Positions 58,499 through 64,000 of a stretch of DNA of 64,000 nucleotides are shown here, piece by piece. The stretch's first letter is position 1. Every line of letters starts with the position of its first letter. Made by a program: the position numbers and the translations under genes. The notes under the pieces were generated by a model that was not told the DNA's origin, made no database searches, and saw only the letters and a program-made list of their open reading frames with translations. Source of the DNA: Desulfovibrio sp. (GTDB taxonomy: Bacteria > Desulfobacterota > Desulfovibrionia > Desulfovibrionales > Desulfovibrionaceae); NCBI RefSeq assembly GCF_014803725.1, contig NZ_JAAVBE010000019.1, positions 151,455 to 215,454 on the forward strand. The letters run 5' to 3'.

Positions 58499-59362
58499 AT
58501 GCGCTTCTCATTCCTCGGTCTTGGCAATATGGGCGCGCCGCTGGCGCGGAATATCCTGCTCGCGGGCGAAGAGCTCACCGTCTTCACGCGCCGCCCCGAA
58601 TGCGCCGCCGCCTTCGCCGCGGAGGGCGCCACAGTGGCGACGAGCGTGCAGGAACTCGCCCACTGCGACGTGCTTTGCACCTGCCTGCCCCTGCCCGAGC
58701 ATGTGCGCGAGGCCGTGCTGGGCGCGAACGGCACGGGAGAGGGCCTGTATGCGGCCATGGGCCCGGGCAGCATCCATCTCGAGTTCAGCACCATCGACCC
58801 GGCCACGGCCAACAGCCTCGCCGCGGCGGCCGGGGCCAAGGGCGTGGCCTATGTGCAGGCCACGGTGGGAAAAACGCCGCAGATGGCCATGAAGCGCGAG
58901 GAGCCGCTGTTCGTGGGCGGGAACAGGGCTGCGGTAGGCACGCTCTGGCCCCTGCTCGAAAAGATCGGCCAGCCGCATGACGTGGAAAACGTGGACGCGG
59001 CCTGTGCAGTGAAGCTTTTGAGCAACATGATCGGCATGGCGAACCTGGCCGTGCTCGCCGAGGGTTTGCGCATCGGGCAGGCCGCGGGCATGAAACCTGA
59101 CGCCCTGCTGCCCCTTTTGCAGGATACCGGCGCCCGCAGCTTCCAGATGGATGTGCGCGGCCCATGGATGGCGGCCGATGATTTCAGCCCGCGCTTCGCC
59201 GTGGACCTCGCCGCCAAGGATCTGCGTCTTGGCTGCGCCATGGCCCGGGCCTGGGGCTTTAAGCCGCGCCTCACCGAGGATGCCCTCGGCATGTTCAAAA
59301 AAGCACAGGCCGAGGGCCTGGGCGGCGAGGACGCCTGCGCCGTGTTCAAGGCTGCGAATTAA
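58499..59362 (+). CDS. NAD(P)-dependent beta-hydroxyacid dehydrogenase (3-HIBADH family; DHPS dehydrogenase/sulfolactaldehyde reductase-like)
   Basis: GLGNMG, catalytic KLLSN and FAVDLAAKDL motifs; substrate inferred from context only. Confidence 0.8.
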   Translation: MRFSFLGLGNMGAPLARNILLAGEELTVFTRRPECAAAFAAEGATVATSVQELAHCDVLCTCLPLPEHVREAVLGANGTGEGLYAAMGPGSIHLEFSTIDPATANSLAAAAGAKGVAYVQATVGKTPQMAMKREEPLFVGGNRAAVGTLWPLLEKIGQPHDVENVDAACAVKLLSNMIGMANLAVLAEGLRIGQAAGMKPDALLPLLQDTGARSFQMDVRGPWMAADDFSPRFAVDLAAKDLRLGCAMARAWGFKPRLTEDALGMFKKAQAEGLGGEDACAVFKAAN

Positions 59363-59475
59363 AAAAGAAGAAGAGACCCCTCCCCGGCATCACGCACATA
59401 ACGGCGCTTCCCGCTAGCCGCCTCATGAGGGGCTGTCCGGGGGGCGGCCGTGTTTTCACGCGCGTTGAGGCATCC

Positions 59476-60219
59476 ATGACTCTCCTGCTCTTTCTCTATT
59501 TCAACACCATCTGGTTTATTGGCGGCCTGCTCACAGGGCTGACTTCCTTCGGGGGCAATCTCTTCGCCATCCCCTTGCTCACCCTCGCCATGCCCGCGCG
59601 GGAGGCCATCCTGTTCGGCTGCCTGAGTGGCGCGGCCATCCTGCTCGGGCTCGGTTTCGTCTACCGCCGGGATATCCGCTGGCGGGAAACAGTGTGCCTC
59701 GGGCTGGCGGGCCTTCCCGGTGTGCCCCTCGGCAACGCCTTTCTCAACCACGCGGGCCCGCGCCTGCTCCTGCTGGCCGCCGGCGCGAGCCTTGTACTTT
59801 TTCTCCTCTGGCAGTTCCTTTCCGGGCGGCTCCATGTGGCACAGGCGCCCCTCGCCCGCTGGTGGAGCGCGCCCTTCGGCTTTCTTTCGGGCATCATGAT
59901 GAGCGCCGTGGGCATGGGCGGCCCGCCCCTCGTGCTCTATGCCTACCTTCGCCACTGGAGCAAGGAGAACACCATCGGCGGCGCCAATCTCGCCGCCTTC
60001 ATCACCATGCTCGGCGTCTTGCCGGCGCAGTGGGCGGCCGGGCTGTATACCCCGGAGATCCTGCGCGACGGCCTGTTGGGGGGCCTGTTCGGCATTCTCG
60101 GCATCGTGGCCAGCGTGCCCATCGTGCGCAAGGTCGATGCCCTGCTCTTCCGGCGCCTGCTTTTGCTCATGATCGCGCTCTCGGCCGTCATGCTGCTCGT
60201 GCGCGGCCTTGCCGCCTGA
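59476..60219 (+). CDS. TauE/SafE family sulfite exporter, short type
   Basis: GLTSFGGNLFAIP and VGMGGPPLVLY motifs; about 8 TM segments. Confidence 0.85.
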   Translation: MTLLLFLYFNTIWFIGGLLTGLTSFGGNLFAIPLLTLAMPAREAILFGCLSGAAILLGLGFVYRRDIRWRETVCLGLAGLPGVPLGNAFLNHAGPRLLLLAAGASLVLFLLWQFLSGRLHVAQAPLARWWSAPFGFLSGIMMSAVGMGGPPLVLYAYLRHWSKENTIGGANLAAFITMLGVLPAQWAAGLYTPEILRDGLLGGLFGILGIVASVPIVRKVDALLFRRLLLLMIALSAVMLLVRGLAA

Positions 60220-60393
60220 GGGGCCGGCCCTCCCCATCCGGCGCACTGTTGCAGAAAAACTGTTGTAAAAATGCACTACAGGAAATAACATAGGGGAATA
60301 TAAGGATATTCACAAAATTTTGTGTTTTTTTGCCATCCACCCCCTGTGGATTTGCGGCCCACTTTCGGTGAATTTTCTGCATACTCCCTGAAA

Positions 60394-60406
60394 AATCAAC
60401 AAGTTA
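60394..60406 (+). promoter_or_regulatory. IHF-binding site
   Basis: AATCAACAAGTTA is an exact WATCAANNNNTTR match just upstream of a -24/-12 promoter. Confidence 0.7.
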
Positions 60407-60412
60407 TCCTCT

Positions 60413-60428
60413 TGGCATGGCTGATGCT
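60413..60428 (+). promoter_or_regulatory. Sigma54 promoter of the glycyl radical operon
   Basis: TGGCATGGCTGATGCT: GG-N10-GC. The implied +1 near 60439 makes 60510 the likely start codon. Confidence 0.75.
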
Positions 60429-60509
60429 TAGAGGAGGCGCATGGGCGTTTTCTCACAAGCGCCCGGGATGTTCGTATTCAGAGATGATACTGCTGAGGAG
60501 AAAGCCATT

Positions 60510-62981
60510 ATGAGCCAGTGCAGCTGCATGTCGCCGCAGGAAGAACGCGTCATCAACAAGAACGTCAACCGCGAGGGCCGCGAGCGCATCTACAAGATCC
60601 TTGAGCGCAACCAGTTCACCCTCCCGCATGTGGATGTGGAGCGGGCCAAGTATTTCACCGAGTCCATGCGCGAGACCGAGGGCGAGCTGCTCACCCTGCG
60701 CTGGGCCAAGGCGCTCAAGAACGTGGCCGAGAAGATCACGGTCTGGATCACGCCCGACCAGCTGCTCGCCGGCCGCGTGGGCAAGCTCGGCCGTTACGGC
60801 ATCCTCTATCCCGAAATCGACGGCGACTTTTACCGCGAAGTGCTCGCCGACCTCGAGCACCGCGACAAGAGCCCCTTCCAGATTTCCAAGGAAGACATCA
60901 AGACGGTCATGGAAGACATCGCCCCCTACTGGGAGGGCAAGACCTACCACGAACACCTCAACCGCGTGCTCCCCGCCGACATCCGCAACGTCACCTACCA
61001 TGACGAACGCGGCCTGAAGTCCAAGTTCGTGGTCAGCGAGACCTCCTCTTACCGCTCGGCCCTCCAGTGGGTGCCGGATTACGAGAAGGTCATCACCAAG
61101 GGCATGCTCGCCATCCAGCAGGAGGCCAAGGACAAGCTCGCCACCCTCGACCTCAACAATTCGGTCGACCTGTGGGAGAAAAAGCCCTTCCTCGAAGCCA
61201 TGATCATCGTCTGCGACGCCATCATGATCTGGGCGCGCCGCCACGCCGACCTCGCCCGCAACATGGCCGCCAACGAGACCGACCCCAAGCGCAAGCAGGA
61301 ACTGCTCGAGATCGCCGAGGTCTGCGACCGCGTGCCCGCCTATCCGGCGCGCACCTTCCGCGAGGCCGTGCAGAGCCAGTGGTTCGTGCAGATGTTCTCG
61401 CGGCTGGAGCAGAAGGCCAGCGCCATCATCTCCAACGGCCGCATGGACCAGTACCTCTATCCCTTCTACAAGAAGGACATCGAGGAAGGCCGCCTCACCC
61501 GGGAGCAGGCCAAGGAGCTGCTGGAGTGCATGTGGGTGGACATGGCCCAGTTCATCGACCTCTACATCAACCCCACGGGCGTGGAATTCCAGGAAGGCTA
61601 CGCCCATTGGGAGGCCGTGACCATCGGCGGGCAGACCCGCGAAGGCGAGGACGCCACCAACGACCTCACCTACCTCTTCCTTGAGTCCAAGCGCGAGTTC
61701 CCGCTCAACTATCCCGACCTCGCCGCGCGCATCCACTCCCGTTCGCCCGAGCGCTTCCTCTATGAAGTGGCGCTGACCGTGAAGGACGGCTCCGGCTTCC
61801 CCAAGCTCATCAACGACGAGGAAGTGGTCTTCCTGAACACGGTCAAGGGCTGCCCGATGGACGAGGCGCTCGACTACGCCGTTTCCGGCTGCACCGAGAC
61901 GCGCATGCCCAACCGCGACACCTACACCTCGGGCTGCGTGTATGTGAACTTCGCCACGGCGCTCGAGATGACGCTCTATAACGGCCGCATGCTCCACTAC
62001 GGCGACGAGCTCATCGGCGTGGAGACCGGCGACCCGCTGGAATTCAAGACCTGGGAAGAGTTCTACGACGCCTACAAGACCCAGCACCTGAACCTCTTGC
62101 GCAAGGCCTTCCAGCAGCAGCATGTGGTGGACCGCCTGCGGCCCCAGCACTTCGCGGCGCCCTTCTCCTCCGTGCTGCACGACCTGTGCATGGAGAACAT
62201 GCTCGACCTGCACACCGAGAAGATCCCGGGCGGCGTGGACTACTCCTACTTCGAGTTCCTGGGCTACGGCACCGTGGTGGACTCGCTCGCGGCCATCAAG
62301 AAGCTCGTGTTCGATGACAAGAAGCTGACCCTCAAGGAAGTCATCGACGCCTGCAAGGCAGACTTCAAGGGCTACGAGCCCATCCGCGAGATGCTGCGCA
62401 ACGCCCCCTGCTACGGCAACAACGACCCCTATGCCGACAGCATCGCCAAGGATGTTGACCGCTTCACCCAGGTGGAGGCGGAAAAGAGCACCCGCGAGCG
62501 CGGCGTCCATGTGGACGTGCGCTATGTGCCCATCACCTCGCATGTGCCCTTCGGCAAGGTGGTCTCGGCCACGCCCAACGGCCGCCACGCCTGGACCGCC
62601 CTTTCCGACGGCTCCTCGGCCTCGCACGGCGCGGACAAGAACGGCCCCACCGCCGTCCTGCTCTCCAACTATCATTCCAAGAACTACGGCATGACCAACC
62701 GCGCCTCGCGCCTCCTGAACATCAAGCTCTCGCCCAAGTGCGTGGAGGGCGACGAGGGCACGGAAAAGATCATCAACCTCATCAGGACCTGGTGCGACCT
62801 CAAACTGTGGCACCTGCAGTTCAACATCGTCAACCGGCAGACCCTGCTCAACGCCCAGAAGGAGCCGGACAACTACCGCAGCCTGCTCGTGCGCATCGCC
62901 GGCTACAGCGCCTACTTCTGCGATCTCTCCCGCGATCTGCAGAACGACATCATCGACCGCACCGAGCACAGCGCCTTCTAG
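60510..62981 (+). CDS. Glycyl radical C-S lyase of the IslA/HpsG clade (probably DHPS sulfite-lyase HpsG-like)
   Basis: RIAGYS (Gly798), SGCTETR (Cys461/Glu463), RSALQ (Arg182/Gln186), EGYAHWEAV and RYVPITSH (Arg671). Confidence 0.85.
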   Translation: MSQCSCMSPQEERVINKNVNREGRERIYKILERNQFTLPHVDVERAKYFTESMRETEGELLTLRWAKALKNVAEKITVWITPDQLLAGRVGKLGRYGILYPEIDGDFYREVLADLEHRDKSPFQISKEDIKTVMEDIAPYWEGKTYHEHLNRVLPADIRNVTYHDERGLKSKFVVSETSSYRSALQWVPDYEKVITKGMLAIQQEAKDKLATLDLNNSVDLWEKKPFLEAMIIVCDAIMIWARRHADLARNMAANETDPKRKQELLEIAEVCDRVPAYPARTFREAVQSQWFVQMFSRLEQKASAIISNGRMDQYLYPFYKKDIEEGRLTREQAKELLECMWVDMAQFIDLYINPTGVEFQEGYAHWEAVTIGGQTREGEDATNDLTYLFLESKREFPLNYPDLAARIHSRSPERFLYEVALTVKDGSGFPKLINDEEVVFLNTVKGCPMDEALDYAVSGCTETRMPNRDTYTSGCVYVNFATALEMTLYNGRMLHYGDELIGVETGDPLEFKTWEEFYDAYKTQHLNLLRKAFQQQHVVDRLRPQHFAAPFSSVLHDLCMENMLDLHTEKIPGGVDYSYFEFLGYGTVVDSLAAIKKLVFDDKKLTLKEVIDACKADFKGYEPIREMLRNAPCYGNNDPYADSIAKDVDRFTQVEAEKSTRERGVHVDVRYVPITSHVPFGKVVSATPNGRHAWTALSDGSSASHGADKNGPTAVLLSNYHSKNYGMTNRASRLLNIKLSPKCVEGDEGTEKIINLIRTWCDLKLWHLQFNIVNRQTLLNAQKEPDNYRSLLVRIAGYSAYFCDLSRDLQNDIIDRTEHSAF

Positions 62982-62994
62982 TCCTCCCAACAGC

Positions 62995-63023
62995 CGGGGG
63001 GAGGTTCGCCTCCCCCCGCTTTT
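62995..63023 (+). terminator. 10-bp hairpin with UUCG loop and short U-tract between the GRE and its activase
   Basis: CGGGGGGAGG-TTCG-CCTCCCCCCG-CTTTT. Confidence 0.7.
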
Positions 63024-63090
63024 GCGCCCTGCGGATTGCCGGCCCGGCAGCTCCCGGGGCGCCCCTTCGTTCAATCTGTGGAGCCCGAGC

Positions 63091-63987
63091 ATGAACGACG
63101 CGCAAACTACCGGCATCGTCTTCAATATCCAGAAATTCAGCGTCCATGACGGCAAGGGCATCCGCACCCTGGTCTTCCTCAAGGGCTGCCCCCTGCGCTG
63201 CCGCTGGTGCAGCAACCCGGAATCGCAGCGCCACGAGCCCGAGCACGCCTTCAACCCCATGCGCTGCCTCACGGCCGAGGTGTGCGGGCGCTGCGTCAAT
63301 GCCTGCAAAAGCGGCGCGCTCACCCTGAAGAACGGGCTCATCGCCTTTGACCCGCGCGCCTGCGAGCAGTGTTTCGCCTGCGCGGACGCCTGCCCCTCGG
63401 GCTCGCAGAGCGTCTACGGCGAGCGCATGACCGTGGACGCCGTGCTCAACAAGGTGGAGGAAGACGGCGTTTTCTACAACCGCTCGGGCGGCGGCCTCAC
63501 TCTCTCCGGCGGCGAGGCCCTGGCCCAGCCCGACTTCGCCCTGGCCCTGCTGCGCGAGGCCAGGCGGCGCCGCATCAAGACAACCATCGAGACCTGCGGC
63601 TATTACCCGTATGAACGCCTCGCCGAAGCCTGCGCCTCGCTGGATGCGCTCATCTTCGACATCAAGTGTTTCGACCCCGCGCTGCACAAGAAGTTCACCG
63701 GCGTGGACAACGCGCGCATCCTCGACAATTTCCGCCGCGTCTGCGAGGACTTCCCCCTCTTGCCCATCCGGGCGCGCACCCCGGTGATCCCGGGCTTCAA
63801 CGACAATGAGGCCGAGATCCAGGCCATCCGGGAATTCGTGCCCCGCCGCCCCAATGTGGAATACGAGCTTTTGACCTATCACCGCATGGGCCAGCCCAAG
63901 TACGGCTATCTCGGCCGCATCTACGAGATGGAAGGCGCCAACCTCGTGGAGGACATCATGCGCCGCCTGCGCGACATCGCGCAGTAA
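63091..63987 (+). CDS. Glycyl radical activating enzyme (radical SAM with 2x[4Fe-4S] insertion)
   Basis: CPLRCRWC motif, ferredoxin motifs CGRCVNAC and CEQCFACADACP, and GGEAL. Confidence 0.95.
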   Translation: MNDAQTTGIVFNIQKFSVHDGKGIRTLVFLKGCPLRCRWCSNPESQRHEPEHAFNPMRCLTAEVCGRCVNACKSGALTLKNGLIAFDPRACEQCFACADACPSGSQSVYGERMTVDAVLNKVEEDGVFYNRSGGGLTLSGGEALAQPDFALALLREARRRRIKTTIETCGYYPYERLAEACASLDALIFDIKCFDPALHKKFTGVDNARILDNFRRVCEDFPLLPIRARTPVIPGFNDNEAEIQAIREFVPRRPNVEYELLTYHRMGQPKYGYLGRIYEMEGANLVEDIMRRLRDIAQ

Positions 63988-64000
63988 ACACCCTTTCCCT

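Noticed and set aside
60510-62981. Annotation as pyruvate formate-lyase or choline TMA-lyase
   Set aside because: It has a single Cys (GCTE, not the CC of PFL or the GCVEP of CutC), has IslA-clade motifs, and no microcompartment genes are in view.

Overview
A high-GC bacterial chromosomal segment; gene content and style suggest a gut Desulfovibrionaceae (inference). In order: a Bacteroidetes-like MFS transporter plus fructokinase (1-1.7 kb); housekeeping genes (LppC/LpoA-like lipoprotein, gatCA, cysteine desulfidase plus transporter, M23 peptidase, SMI1/KNR4, ttcA, rpoZ, dnaJ); a ~22 kb surface-glycan region (12.8-34.8 kb) holding GT9, WbaP, a FabH-ACP-FabG-acyltransferase cassette, GT4/GT2 enzymes, methyltransferases, a sulfotransferase-fold protein and a complete set of Campylobacter-type (Cj1415-Cj1419-like) O-methyl-phosphoramidate biosynthesis genes; a 1619-aa LapA-like RTX adhesin with a glycosyltransferase beside it; an enhancer-binding protein, two MarC genes, a GGDEF cyclase and transporters; a subclass A2 beta-lactamase; and a sulfonate-catabolism region with three sigma54 promoters, TauE exporters, a beta-hydroxyacid dehydrogenase, an IslA/HpsG-clade glycyl radical C-S lyase and its activase. 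Best candidates for novelty: (1) a phosphoramidate-modified glycan with a candidate sulfotransferase-fold phosphoramidate transferase, and (2) a sigma54 DHPS-type desulfonation regulon that includes two uncharacterised small proteins. I saw no tRNA, rRNA, CRISPR array, transposase or integrase. All family assignments come from motifs and recalled family knowledge, not database searches. Start codons were adjusted by RBS and motif inspection.
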